Part shown: in pieces, positions 48,303 to 58,468 of the stretch | Position numbering within the stretch: the stretch's first letter is position 1 | Layout: each line of letters begins with the position of its first letter | Assembly: GCA_947501605.1 (NCBI GenBank) | Contig: CANMWZ010000011.1 | Coordinates: forward strand, 1 to 64,000 | Direction: 5' to 3' | DNA: 64,000 nt | Origin: Planctomycetota bacterium | Lineage (GTDB): Bacteria; Planctomycetota; UBA1135; UBA2386 | Program-made: the position numbers and the translations under genes | The notes under the pieces: model-generated | What the model was told of the DNA's origin: nothing | Database searches by the model: none | Seen by the model: only the letters and a program-made list of their open reading frames with translations

Positions 48303-50390
48303 TCACTTCGTCTTACGCACAGCCTCGAACACTCCCTCCGGCTGGCGGAACCGAGCAGCGGTGATCGCAGAGCCGTCGCCTTCGACAAAGCGGACTGAGT
48401 AGCCGGGCGCACCAGTAAGCCCAAAAACCAGACCGCGCTGTGGCTCGAGATCGAACCGCTGACCCGGCAGCACGGCGACGAGTCGCTCGCCTTGGAGCGA
48501 GATCACGGCGGTCATCGAGCCGAGGTCGTAGTCACCGACAAAGCGCTCCAAGAACTGCGGATCGCGCAGGCGTGCGTCCGGCTGTCGCACAAAGCGAATC
48601 GGCTCGACCGCCGGCTCCAACACGATGCGCACGGCGTCGATCTCGCCCTCGAGATCGGTGAGGAACTGCACCTTGGTGCCCTCGATCTCGGGAGTGGCAT
48701 CGCTGCGCTCGCAGCGGAAGACGTCGTAGTGCCAGTGCTGCAGCCGAGCGCCGATGCCATGCACGTCGAGGTGGAGCGCCGAGTCACGCAAGGCGACCGT
48801 GCAAGCGCCGTAGCCTTCGTGCCGGTAGTCGCCGGCGTATTCGGCGATCGGGTGCGACGGTTCGGTGCCCTTCTTCCGTTCCTGCTCGGCGCCCTTCTTG
48901 CCAGCCTCCTCCATGCCGTCCTGCTGCTCGACGCGCTGCAGCATCTCGCTGCGCCAGTCGCGCGCTGGCAGACCGAGCGCGCGGTCGGCGAGATTGCGAA
49001 CAACGCACTCTGCGAACGGCGTCGCATCGAGGTTGGTCAACACCACGAAGCCGTAGCCTGCATCGGGAAAGAACGCGACCAACGCCGAGAAGCCGTCGAT
49101 GTTGCCGCCGTGGTGGATTCGACGGTTGCCGCGATAGACGTCGACGAACCAGCCGAGGCCGTAACCAACGTCGACGATGTCCTTGCTGCTGCGCGGACGC
49201 GGCGGCATCGCCATGTGCGCAGAATGCAGTTCGCGAACGGCATCGATCGGCAGCACACGGTCGCCGTCGATCTCGCCGCGCTGCAAATGCAGGGCTACCC
49301 AGCGCGCCATCTCGCGCGCCGACGAGTTGATCGAACCAGCCGGACCGATCGCAGTGATGTCGCGGAAGGCGATGCGCGCGACGTCGTCGCCATCCTTGCG
49401 GTAGGGCACGGCGTGGTCGTCGTCGCGCTGCATCCAATCGACGGCGAAGTTGCTGCGCGTCATGCCGAGTCGCGCGAGCACGCGCGAGCGCACGAGTTCT
49501 TCCCAACTGCTGCCACTGACACGCTCCGCCAAGTGGCCGGCCGTCAGATACATGAGGTTGTTGTATTGCCAGGTCTCGCGCAGATCGTGGTTCAACTCGA
49601 GGTAACGAAGGCGACGCACCATCTCGGCTCGATCGAACGTGGCGCCGTACCACACAAGGTCATGCCTCGGCATCCCGCTCCGATGGGTGACCAGATCGCG
49701 CGGTGTCACCCGCTCCGAGAGCGGCGCGTCGTGCAGCGCGAACTCCGGCAACCACCGCCGCACCGGAGTGTCCCATTCGAGCGAACCCTCGGCGACCAAG
49801 GTCGCCAGCACCAAGGTCGTGAACGCCTTGGTGCTGCTACCGATCGCGAACAGCGTGTCCGCGGTCACCGGCTTCTTGCCTTCGCGATCGCGCTCGCCGC
49901 TGGCAAAGGTCGCCAGCAGTTCGCCGCCCTTGACCACCGCGACGGAACATCCAGGGACGTCGAACATCGGACGTGACTCGTCGAACCAGGCCTGGAAGCC
50001 CTCGAAGCTGGTGACCGACGCCGCCTCGCCCTGGTCGCGGTTCAGGCGGAAGGTCAGCGCCTGCCCGTTCTGCGTGAACGTGCCAGCGAGAACCGCGCCG
50101 TGTTCGTCCAATTCACCGGCGAATGTCGGCGCGCCGGGCACACCCTGAATGGCAAAGCGCACGGTGCGGCCAGTGCACTCGACACCGCTGAGTTCGAGGT
50201 CCTCGGCACCCTGCGCAGGAATGTCGATGCGGCCGCTGAGCGTCGCGCCCTTCTCGGTGAGTCGGACCACGATCGCGAGTTGTTGGCCCGGGATCTCGAT
50301 CGCACCGCGCCAGTTGCCGACTGGCGACTGGGCGAACAGAGCAGTGCAAGCGAACAGGAACGCGAGCAAACAGCAAAGGGGGTTACGCAT
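48303..50390 (-). CDS. Secreted serine hydrolase (beta-lactamase/AmpC-like peptidase) with N- and C-terminal accessory domains
   Basis: FAIGSSTKAFT (SxxK), LVTHRSG, WQYNN (YxN) and HGGNIDGF. Confidence 0.92.
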   Translation of the reverse strand: MRNPLCCLLAFLFACTALFAQSPVGNWRGAIEIPGQQLAIVVRLTEKGATLSGRIDIPAQGAEDLELSGVECTGRTVRFAIQGVPGAPTFAGELDEHGAVLAGTFTQNGQALTFRLNRDQGEAASVTSFEGFQAWFDESRPMFDVPGCSVAVVKGGELLATFASGERDREGKKPVTADTLFAIGSSTKAFTTLVLATLVAEGSLEWDTPVRRWLPEFALHDAPLSERVTPRDLVTHRSGMPRHDLVWYGATFDRAEMVRRLRYLELNHDLRETWQYNNLMYLTAGHLAERVSGSSWEELVRSRVLARLGMTRSNFAVDWMQRDDDHAVPYRKDGDDVARIAFRDITAIGPAGSINSSAREMARWVALHLQRGEIDGDRVLPIDAVRELHSAHMAMPPRPRSSKDIVDVGYGLGWFVDVYRGNRRIHHGGNIDGFSALVAFFPDAGYGFVVLTNLDATPFAECVVRNLADRALGLPARDWRSEMLQRVEQQDGMEEAGKKGAEQERKKGTEPSHPIAEYAGDYRHEGYGACTVALRDSALHLDVHGIGARLQHWHYDVFRCERSDATPEIEGTKVQFLTDLEGEIDAVRIVLEPAVEPIRFVRQPDARLRDPQFLERFVGDYDLGSMTAVISLQGERLVAVLPGQRFDLEPQRGLVFGLTGAPGYSVRFVEGDGSAITAARFRQPEGVFEAVRKTK

Positions 50391-50470
50391 GGCCCGCGCA
50401 GCCTAACGCCAGCGACTCCCCCCGCTGGCAGGTCCCCCACGGCCATTGTGCGCCGACCGCGGCGACTCGA

Positions 50471-52453
50471 CTACAGCTCCTCTGGTCCGCCGACGTAGCC
50501 CAGGAATGCGCTCGCCGCGACCACCATAGGGCTGGCGAGGTAAACCTGCCCCGGACCCGAGCGGCCAGGAAAGTTGCGGTTGATCGCGGACACCGTGACC
50601 TCGTCTGCCGTGAACGACACTCCGGGCCCGGCCTTGATGCACGCGCCGCAGCTGGGATCGATCAGCTCGACGCCCGCACCCTCGAACAAATCGATGTAGC
50701 CCATCGTCTCGGCGTAGCGGCGGATGCGCTGGCTGCCGAACTGGATGTAGAGCTTGACGCCCTTCAGCGTCCGGCCGCGCTCGATCGCCTTGCGAACGAC
50801 GCTCGCGTACATGTCCATGTCGGCCTTCTTGCCGCCGGTGCACGAACCGCCATAGGCGATCTGCACCCGGACCTGTCCGAGCTTGCTACGCAGTTCCGCG
50901 AGCGGGATGCCGTTGCGCGGATCGCCCGGGGTGGCGACGGTCGGCACCAGCGTTGACAGGTCGATGTCGAAGGTCTTGCAGTAGGTCGCGCCGGAGTCTG
51001 CCTTGACGATTTGGGCGCGGAGCTTCTTTCGATCGGTGCCGCGCATCGTCGCGATGTAGTCGACGACAACTTCGTCCGCTTCGATGATGCCCGTGAACCC
51101 GCCAGCCTCGACGGCCATGTTGGTCAGCGTGGCGCGTTCGTCGAGCGACATAGCGCGCACGGCGGAGCCTGCGAACTCGAGCACCTTGCCGATGCCCGCG
51201 CCAGTCTTGAAGAACTGGTCGCTGAGCAAGTGCAGCATCAGGTCCTTGGCACAGACGCCCGCGGACATGGTGCCCGTCAAGTTGACCCGCACGGACTCTG
51301 GCACCTTGACGCGCACGTCTTTGGTGAACCACGAGTTTGCCATGTCCGTCGAGCCGACGCCGAACGCGAAACAACCGAGCGCGCCTGCCATGCAGGTATG
51401 GCTATCGGTGCCGATCACCAACTGACCCGGCTCGGCGATGTCCTCGATGACGATGTTGTGGCAGATGCCTTCGCTTCCGACCAGCTTGCCGTCGCGCTCC
51501 ACTTCGCCGTAGAGCTTGATGCCCTGCTTCTTGGTGAAGGCCTCTTGTACAGTGGCGAGCGACGCAGCTTGTTCACGCAAGCCCATCTTGATGTGGGCTT
51601 CGGGCATGATGCGGTCGAGAAACGTCAGGTGGTCGCGGAACGCAAACACCGACGCCGGGTCCGTGATCGTCGCATTCTCGCCCAAGCCCATGCGGAACAG
51701 CGCCTCCGCCATCGGCGTGACATACTCGTGGCTGAACCGGACATCCGTGCGCACGAACAGCGCGTCGCCAGGCTTCACCGCGGCGATACCGAGCTTGCCC
51801 GTCTTGGCGTCGGCGATCGCTCGCTGCGCGATGATCTTCTCGCACAGCGTCATCGGGCGCGCCGCAGTCGTCACTGCCGGCGGCACGGTGCTGCCGGCCA
51901 GGCGCGCCTGGTTGTAAGCGAACAGACCGCCGTGTCGGACGATCTCGGCGGCGATCGAGTCGAGGCCTTTGGTGAACTCCTCGATCGGGATCGACTCACC
52001 GCGGACGAGTCGCGGGATCAACGAGAAATCCGTCGACGTCAGCAAGCCGATGTTCTGGCAGTTCTGGCCATAGATCTTCTCGATGTTCCTGGCGATGACA
52101 ATTTGCACGCCCGCCTTGAGTTCGCTGTAGGGCGCAGTCTCACGCGAACTACCGCAGCCTTTCGACACCCCGCTGACGATCAGGCCGAAGCCGCCGTTCT
52201 TGATTGCATCGACCTTGATGTTGCCGCCACGCAGACCGACGAGGCAGTAGCGCGCCAACGTCTCGTCGTAGTAGTAGCAGACCCATCCAGGCGTGAGCTC
52301 GTCGGTGCTGATGTTGTCGATCAGCTTCTGCCCCTCGTCGAACGGCACGTCGAGCTTGTCGTAGAGTTGAGCCTTCAGCGGGCCCTGATCCTCGGTCAAG
52401 TAGAGAACGCGGCCCGCGAGCTTGACACTAGTGCGCTGTTGCGTGGTCGTCAT
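50471..52453 (-). CDS. Aconitase-family dehydratase, small (swivel) subunit fused N-terminally to the large subunit
   Basis: DNISTDELTP and GCGSSRE (LeuD-like), then MTLCEKII, GICH, GTDSHT, GGSCTGG, CGAC and NRNFPGRSG (LeuC-like). Confidence 0.9.
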   Translation of the reverse strand: MTTTQQRTSVKLAGRVLYLTEDQGPLKAQLYDKLDVPFDEGQKLIDNISTDELTPGWVCYYYDETLARYCLVGLRGGNIKVDAIKNGGFGLIVSGVSKGCGSSRETAPYSELKAGVQIVIARNIEKIYGQNCQNIGLLTSTDFSLIPRLVRGESIPIEEFTKGLDSIAAEIVRHGGLFAYNQARLAGSTVPPAVTTAARPMTLCEKIIAQRAIADAKTGKLGIAAVKPGDALFVRTDVRFSHEYVTPMAEALFRMGLGENATITDPASVFAFRDHLTFLDRIMPEAHIKMGLREQAASLATVQEAFTKKQGIKLYGEVERDGKLVGSEGICHNIVIEDIAEPGQLVIGTDSHTCMAGALGCFAFGVGSTDMANSWFTKDVRVKVPESVRVNLTGTMSAGVCAKDLMLHLLSDQFFKTGAGIGKVLEFAGSAVRAMSLDERATLTNMAVEAGGFTGIIEADEVVVDYIATMRGTDRKKLRAQIVKADSGATYCKTFDIDLSTLVPTVATPGDPRNGIPLAELRSKLGQVRVQIAYGGSCTGGKKADMDMYASVVRKAIERGRTLKGVKLYIQFGSQRIRRYAETMGYIDLFEGAGVELIDPSCGACIKAGPGVSFTADEVTVSAINRNFPGRSGPGQVYLASPMVVAASAFLGYVGGPEEL

Positions 52454-52460
52454 CGTGGCC

Positions 52461-53660
52461 TCAGATGCGCTCCAGGATCATCGCAATGCCCTGGCCACCG
52501 CCAATGCACGCAGACGCGCAGCCGAGCGACTTGCCGGACTGCTCGAGTTCGCGGACCAACGTCAGCAGGAGCCGCGTACCCGTTGCCCCGAGCGGGTGAC
52601 CGAGCGCAATGGCGCCACCGTTGACGTTGCACTTGTTGCGATCGAGCTTCAGCTCCTTCTCGCAACCGAGGTACTGCGCCGAGAACGCTTCGTTGATCTC
52701 GACCAGATCGAGGTCTGCGACCTTCAGGGCCGCCTTTTGGCATGCGAGCTGGATCGCAGGCACTGGTCCAAGCCCCATGACCTCCGGCGGCACGCCGGCA
52801 CTGGCCCACGACCGAATCCGCACCTTGGGCTTCAGGCCAAGTTCTTTCGCCCGCGCCGCAGTCGTGACCACCAACATCGCGGCCCCGTCGACGATGCCAG
52901 AAGCGTTGCCGGCAGTGACCGTCCCCTCCTTGCCGAAGGCGGCGCGCAACGAGCGCAAGGCCTCGATGGTCGTCTCGGGCTTGATGTGGTCGTCGCTCGA
53001 CACCACGAACTCCTTCTTGCCGACCATCACCGTCAGCGGCGCGATCTCGGCACCGAACTTGCCCGCCTTGACCGCAGCGGCGCCGAGCATGTGACTGCGC
53101 AACGCGTAGTCGTCCTGCTCCTCACGAGAGATCGAGCACTTCTTGGCGACGTTCTCGGCGGTCTGGGCCATGAAGAACTTGCAGAACGGGTCGTAGAGCG
53201 CTTGGAAGAGCAGGTCCTCGATAGCTGGGGCCTGGCCGAAGCGGAAGCCTTCGCGGGCGCCGCGGATGACATGCGGCACTTGGCTCATGTTCTCCATGCC
53301 GCCCGCAAGACACAGCTTGGCTTCGCCAACCAGGATCGCGTGCACTGCACTGACCACCGACTGGATGCCCGAACCACAGAGGCGATTGACCGTCAGCGCC
53401 GGCTTGTCGATGGGGACGCCAGCCTTGAGGGCGACGTGGCGCGCGCCGTAGATGGCATCGCTGCTGCTTTGCGCGGCGTTGCCGACGAAGGTCTCATCCA
53501 CCATCTCAGCCTTGCAGCCGGTGCGCTCGAGCGCCGCCTTGGCGGCGTGAGCGGCGAGGTCGATCGCCGAGACATCCTTGAACTTGCCGAAACCGGGTGT
53601 GCCGGAATACTCCGCCATGGCGGTGCGGGCACCACCAACGATCACGAGGTCGGATTGCAT
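52461..53660 (-). CDS. Acetyl-CoA C-acyltransferase (thiolase)
   Basis: NRLCGSG, TAGNASGIVDGAA, EINEAF, GHPLGATG and CIGGGQG. Confidence 0.95.
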   Translation of the reverse strand: MQSDLVIVGGARTAMAEYSGTPGFGKFKDVSAIDLAAHAAKAALERTGCKAEMVDETFVGNAAQSSSDAIYGARHVALKAGVPIDKPALTVNRLCGSGIQSVVSAVHAILVGEAKLCLAGGMENMSQVPHVIRGAREGFRFGQAPAIEDLLFQALYDPFCKFFMAQTAENVAKKCSISREEQDDYALRSHMLGAAAVKAGKFGAEIAPLTVMVGKKEFVVSSDDHIKPETTIEALRSLRAAFGKEGTVTAGNASGIVDGAAMLVVTTAARAKELGLKPKVRIRSWASAGVPPEVMGLGPVPAIQLACQKAALKVADLDLVEINEAFSAQYLGCEKELKLDRNKCNVNGGAIALGHPLGATGTRLLLTLVRELEQSGKSLGCASACIGGGQGIAMILERI

Positions 53661-53755
53661 CCGCAGAGCATCGAACATCGGAGCGGGCAAGGCAAGTTCG
53701 CGCCCACTCGTCAGTCACTGCAGGGACGGCCCTTCTGACGGCCCACCGAGAGCTT

Positions 53756-54058
53756 TCACGAGGCGAGCAGCGGGGCGAGCAGATGGCGCTGGATCTCCGC
53801 ATCGGCCGTTTGCCGTTCGTCCTCGACCCGCAGGAGATCGAGCACGAGTTCCCGCTCGCGCTCCTCGAGTTCGGCCCAGACCAGGCGCAGCTCCGACGGC
53901 GCCCGCGGGCCGCGCGACCGCCGTTCCGGGTCCCAATCGCGCAGCTCCTGCTGCACCGCGCGCAGCGCCGACTGGAGGGCCAGTTGCTGACGCCGCAGGG
54001 CTGCACGGGCACCGACCAACGTGAACAAGGACGAAGGTGAGTCGTCGGGCTGGAACAC
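53756..54058 (-). CDS. Small coiled-coil hypothetical protein
   Basis: 3' part of the long antisense ORF reads as natural helical protein (LALQSALRAVQQELRDW...ELEERERELVLDLL); GTG start guessed. Confidence 0.5.
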   Translation of the reverse strand: MFQPDDSPSSLFTLVGARAALRRQQLALQSALRAVQQELRDWDPERRSRGPRAPSELRLVWAELEERERELVLDLLRVEDERQTADAEIQRHLLAPLLAS

Positions 54059-54253
54059 GGACGGCCTCCTCGGGCCCACCTGGGCCGCGGCAATGGCTGG
54101 CAAGAACCTCAGCGGCAGCAACCAAGTCGTCGGGACAGAGCCCAAGGACAGCTGCCACGACGCCACTAGTAACCCCGCGTGGCCAAGTTGCGAAACAGCG
54201 TCCAGCAAGCCCCCCACTTTCGCGCCGCCGTGCCGTCGGCAATGATCTCGCCC

Positions 54254-55024
54254 ATGCGAACCCTGCTGCGATCCCTGCTGGTCGCGACCCTGTGCCTTTC
54301 CAGCAGCTGCGAGACCTACAAGCGCCTCAACTTCTACAGCGAACAGGAAGAGGCCCAGCTCGGCGAACAGGCCTACTCTGAGATCCTGCAAGGCGAAGGC
54401 AAGCCCTTGATCACGAGCGGCGCGAACTACGAGATGGTGGTTCGCGTCGGACGCAAGATCGCCGCGGCCTCGGGCGCGAACTACCAGTGGGAGTTCAAGC
54501 TGATTGACGCGCCCGATGTGCCCAACGCTTTCTGCCTTCCTGGCGGCAAGATCGCAGTCTACTCCGGCATCCTCCCGATCACGCAGAACGAGCATGCACT
54601 GGCAGCGGTCATGGGCCATGAAGTAGCCCACGCAACCGAGCACCACGGGGCGATTCGGATGAGCCAGGGCATGGTCACGCAGCTCGGGCTCACCATCGCT
54701 GCCGCCGGTGTGTCGATGGCGAAGATGAGCGACGAGCAGAAGATGGGCGTCGTCGCCGCCCTCGGCGCGGGCACCCAGGTCGGCCTCACGCTGCCGTTCA
54801 GCCGCGACCACGAACGCGACGCCGACATTGTCGGGATTCGCTTCGCCATCCGCGCTGGCTACGACCCCTGGGAGGCACCCAAGCTGTGGGAGCGCATGAA
54901 CCAACTGGGCAGCAGTGGGCCCGGTTGGCTGAGCACGCACCCCGATCCGCTCGAACGGGCGGAGAAGCTCCGCCAAGTGATTCCGCAGATCTTGGCCGAG
55001 GAAGGCAAGCTCAAGAACCCGTGA
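54254..55024 (+). CDS. M48 family zinc metallopeptidase lipoprotein
   Basis: LCLSSSC lipobox, PNAFCLPGG, GHEVAH, FSRDHERDAD and LSTHP. Confidence 0.93.
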   Translation: MRTLLRSLLVATLCLSSSCETYKRLNFYSEQEEAQLGEQAYSEILQGEGKPLITSGANYEMVVRVGRKIAAASGANYQWEFKLIDAPDVPNAFCLPGGKIAVYSGILPITQNEHALAAVMGHEVAHATEHHGAIRMSQGMVTQLGLTIAAAGVSMAKMSDEQKMGVVAALGAGTQVGLTLPFSRDHERDADIVGIRFAIRAGYDPWEAPKLWERMNQLGSSGPGWLSTHPDPLERAEKLRQVIPQILAEEGKLKNP

Positions 55025-55152
55025 GGCCAGGCGCCGCGCCCTGGAAGCGGCCACGCCTTGTCGTGAGGGGTCGTCGGACGCCAAACGTTCCGCGCCATGG
55101 CGGCATCCGCCACCGGCTCGACGCGCAGCGCCAGCCCAGTCGATGAAGACCT

Positions 55153-55836
55153 GTGCGCACGACTTCTACCCGCGGCTTCACGCTCGTCGAACTGGTGATC
55201 GTGGTCGCGATCGTGGCGGTTCTCGCCACGATCGCGATCCCAAGCCTGTTGAGCGCGCGCTCCAGCGCCAACGAGAAGACCGTCATCGCCACCCTGCGTG
55301 CGATCGTGACGGCGCAGCAGGTTGCTCGCACCAACGGGACCATCGACGTGAACGACAACGGCCAGGGCGAAGCGGCGTCGTTGGGTGAACTGGCGGGGAT
55401 CGAAGTGCTGCGCGGGGATTCGAACGTCCTGCGACCCGCCGCCCTGTCGTCGGCCCTCGGCAAGCTCGACGCCAACGGCTACGCGTTCAGTCACGGGTTC
55501 TACTTCGCGCTCTACCTGCCGAATGCGACCGGCGATGGTGTGTTGGCAACGCCCGCCAACTTCGGCAGCATCAGCGCCGCGTTGGCAGAGTCGTACTGGA
55601 CCTGTGTGGCGTGGCCGCGCCAGCGCTCCACCCAGGGCTACGGCACCTACTTCACCAACCAGAGTGGTGACATCCTGGTCGCCAAGGGTGCGACCTACGA
55701 CGGAACCACTTCGGTCCCGCCCGCCGGAGCCGGCTTGCTGACTGCGACCACGAACCACATCGCGGCGACCAGGTCGGCAGCTGCCGCAGCGGACGGCATC
55801 GGCGCCGACGGCAACTTCTGGCGCATCGTTCCCTGA
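55153..55836 (+). CDS. Prepilin-type N-terminal cleavage/methylation domain protein
   Basis: RG|FTLVELVIVVAIVAVLATIAIP class III signal peptide. Confidence 0.9.
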   Translation: MRTTSTRGFTLVELVIVVAIVAVLATIAIPSLLSARSSANEKTVIATLRAIVTAQQVARTNGTIDVNDNGQGEAASLGELAGIEVLRGDSNVLRPAALSSALGKLDANGYAFSHGFYFALYLPNATGDGVLATPANFGSISAALAESYWTCVAWPRQRSTQGYGTYFTNQSGDILVAKGATYDGTTSVPPAGAGLLTATTNHIAATRSAAAAADGIGADGNFWRIVP

Positions 55837-55879
55837 GCGCACTGCAACGCGAAAGCAACGCCGCCAATCGGGGCAGCGC

Positions 55880-58468
55880 CTACTCGTACCGAACGGACAT
55901 CGCCGGGTCTTCCATGGCGGCTCGACGCGCTGGCACGTAGGCCGCTGCGGCGCCCACGAGCAGTCCGATGGCGGGCACCGCGATCATCCACGCCACCGGC
56001 AGCACAACGGGGGCCTGCAAGGCCGCCACGCGATTGAGGCCTTCGATCAAAACGTGCGCCATCGGCACAGCGAGAACCAACGCCAAGCCAGCGCCGAGCC
56101 CGCCGATGACCAGCCCTTCGAGCATCAGGCTCCCGCGCAGAGTCCGCGTGCCGACACCGAGCGCGCGCAGCACGCCGAGCTCTCGCGCCCGACCGAGCGC
56201 GGCGATGGTCATGCCGTTCAGTAGACCCGTGCCGGCAAGCAACAGGATCAGCAGCAGCAGCAAGTCGAACAGGTGAAAGTCGCGGTCGACATCCCGCAGG
56301 TGGTAGTCAAGAATCTCATCCCCGGTCTTGTAGCGCACGAGCTTCATTTCGCGGTCGCGCAGACGGCTGCCGACGACGCTCGCGTCGGCGCCCTTGCTCA
56401 GTCGCAGGGTCGTGAACTGCACGATCGATCCAGCCATGCAGAAGTCACGACGCAGCCAATCGGGCGAGGCAATCGCCCACGCCTGCTCACTGGGCACGTA
56501 GCCCGATGCGTCGCTGATGTGCAGCACCTCGTAGCTGACGGGCACCTGATTGCGATCGCGCAAGGCGACCAACGAACCCTCGCGCCATCCCATCTTCAGC
56601 GCCAACCGCCGCGAGGCGATCAGGGTCCGGACCTTGGGATCGGTGTAGCGAAGCAGCTTGCCCTGGTGGCCTTCGAGCGCAGAGCCCTTGCTGCCCACGT
56701 GCGCCACATCGAGACCACGAAGCAGGAACGGACCGTGGACCTCGCCAACGATGGGTTCGATTGCCGCCACTCCGGGCACCGCACTCCACGCTTCGATGTC
56801 GGCGACAGACCGTGGTGGCGTCTCGACAAACGCACGCCCCATCAGCGCGGCCGCCCCAAACTGGTGCACGTCGCCGCGCAGAGATGCAGTGATGCTCTGG
56901 AGACCAAGGAACGCGAGCAGGACGGCCGCCAGACCCACCGTCGATGCGGCGATGCGACCGGACTGCCGCTGCACGCTCTTGCGGCAGAGCCACGTCGCCA
57001 TGGGCGCGAACCACGACAAGGGCAGGAGCAGCAGACGCCCTCCGAGTGCCACCACCACCGGCGCGATCAGCAAGAGGCCGCCGACCGCCGCGACCATGCT
57101 GCCCATTTCGAGGAGCACCCAAAGGGTCTCGCGACCCTCTTCCGCCACCAAGGGGGTCATCGCCAGATATGCGATGGGCAGCACCAAGATGAGCAGTGCA
57201 AACAGCCAGAGGTTGACGCCTTTCAACAGATCGACGTCATCGCCACCGCTACCGAGCCCGCGCTGCCGCAAGATCCACAGCGCTGGCAATTGGCGCGCGC
57301 GCCACAACGGAAACACCGCACCCGCCAAGGTGAACACGATGCCGAGTACCGCGGTGCCGAGCATCGGCACCAGCGGCAGCTCGAACACCAGCCAAGCCTT
57401 GTCGCCACCGAGCGAGCTGATGTTGGCGTTGCGCAGCAGCGCCGCCAAGCCGACGCCGAGGCCGAGCCCGAGGCCGGCGCCCACGACCCCCAGCAGCAAC
57501 GCGTCGCCGAGGAAGATCCGCCCCACTGCGCCGCGGCCGGTGCCAAGGCAGCGAAGCAAACCGAGCAGACGTACTCGAGTGACCAGCGAGTTCGACAGCG
57601 TCTGGAACACCACGAACATGCCAAGCAACAGTGCAAGACAGCCGAGCACCTTCAAGCCGTTGCGGAACGCGCGCTCGTCGGCGCCTTCCCCGAGCTGGGC
57701 CGCACGCTCATCGGCGACCACGTAGCCCGCGCCGGCCAGTTCATTGCGGAGCCGGTCGAGATCCGCCCCGTAGACCCGCTGCAATTGAAAGAGGTCCGGC
57801 GCCGGGGACGCGATGCGGCGCACAAGGTCGTGCCCGCCGATCGCCATCTGCGCAAAGTTGCGTCGCCCGAGCCGATGCGGAGCGAGCACACCAACGATCT
57901 CCACCTCGGCGCGCAGCAACGGCCGATCGGACTCCGGCAAGGCAACCAGTTCGCCATCGCGGCATTCGTAGTTGACGCCGCGTGCCGTCTCCTCGAGCGC
58001 GATCTTGCTCCCCGCTCCGACGCCGAGAATTCGCGCCGCCTCGGCACCGACAAGAATGGCGCGATCCCCATCCGCAGCGGTCAAGTCGCGCCCAGCGGCA
58101 ATCGCATAATGATCGAAGGTGCCGGCATTCCACGGTTCGAGCCCGAACACCTGCACATCGACCGTTTCACTGCCGTGGCGCAGAGCTCCGCGCGCTTCGC
58201 GCCACACCGTCGCCGCGGCGATGTTCGGGCGCGCGCGCAGATCGGCGAGCACCTCGGCTGCCGACTTGCCGACGACGGGCAACACCTCCAGGTCCACGGG
58301 ACCGCGCTCCGGACTCTGCAGCAGAAACCGCGTCTGGATGGTGTTGTGGTCCATCACGTAGATGGCCACCACGATGGCGACGCCGAGGGCGATGCCGAGC
58401 AGCGTCAGCAGCGTGCGGAGCGGGTTAGATACCCAGCTCCTGCAGACGACGAAAGACGTGAGCGACAT
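55880..58468 (-). CDS. FtsX/MacB-type ABC permease (duplicated domain)
   Basis: PLRTLLTLLGIALGVA, RVRLLGLLRCLG, RARELGVLRALG and PARRAAMEDPAMSVRYE. Confidence 0.9.
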   Translation of the reverse strand: MSLTSFVVCRSWVSNPLRTLLTLLGIALGVAIVVAIYVMDHNTIQTRFLLQSPERGPVDLEVLPVVGKSAAEVLADLRARPNIAAATVWREARGALRHGSETVDVQVFGLEPWNAGTFDHYAIAAGRDLTAADGDRAILVGAEAARILGVGAGSKIALEETARGVNYECRDGELVALPESDRPLLRAEVEIVGVLAPHRLGRRNFAQMAIGGHDLVRRIASPAPDLFQLQRVYGADLDRLRNELAGAGYVVADERAAQLGEGADERAFRNGLKVLGCLALLLGMFVVFQTLSNSLVTRVRLLGLLRCLGTGRGAVGRIFLGDALLLGVVGAGLGLGLGVGLAALLRNANISSLGGDKAWLVFELPLVPMLGTAVLGIVFTLAGAVFPLWRARQLPALWILRQRGLGSGGDDVDLLKGVNLWLFALLILVLPIAYLAMTPLVAEEGRETLWVLLEMGSMVAAVGGLLLIAPVVVALGGRLLLLPLSWFAPMATWLCRKSVQRQSGRIAASTVGLAAVLLAFLGLQSITASLRGDVHQFGAAALMGRAFVETPPRSVADIEAWSAVPGVAAIEPIVGEVHGPFLLRGLDVAHVGSKGSALEGHQGKLLRYTDPKVRTLIASRRLALKMGWREGSLVALRDRNQVPVSYEVLHISDASGYVPSEQAWAIASPDWLRRDFCMAGSIVQFTTLRLSKGADASVVGSRLRDREMKLVRYKTGDEILDYHLRDVDRDFHLFDLLLLLILLLAGTGLLNGMTIAALGRARELGVLRALGVGTRTLRGSLMLEGLVIGGLGAGLALVLAVPMAHVLIEGLNRVAALQAPVVLPVAWMIAVPAIGLLVGAAAAYVPARRAAMEDPAMSVRYE

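Noticed and set aside
48303..50390. Beta-lactamase resistance gene
   Set aside because: A multi-domain AmpC-like serine hydrolase typical of general peptidases and esterases; the MBL-fold gene at 2673 is likewise glyoxalase II-like.
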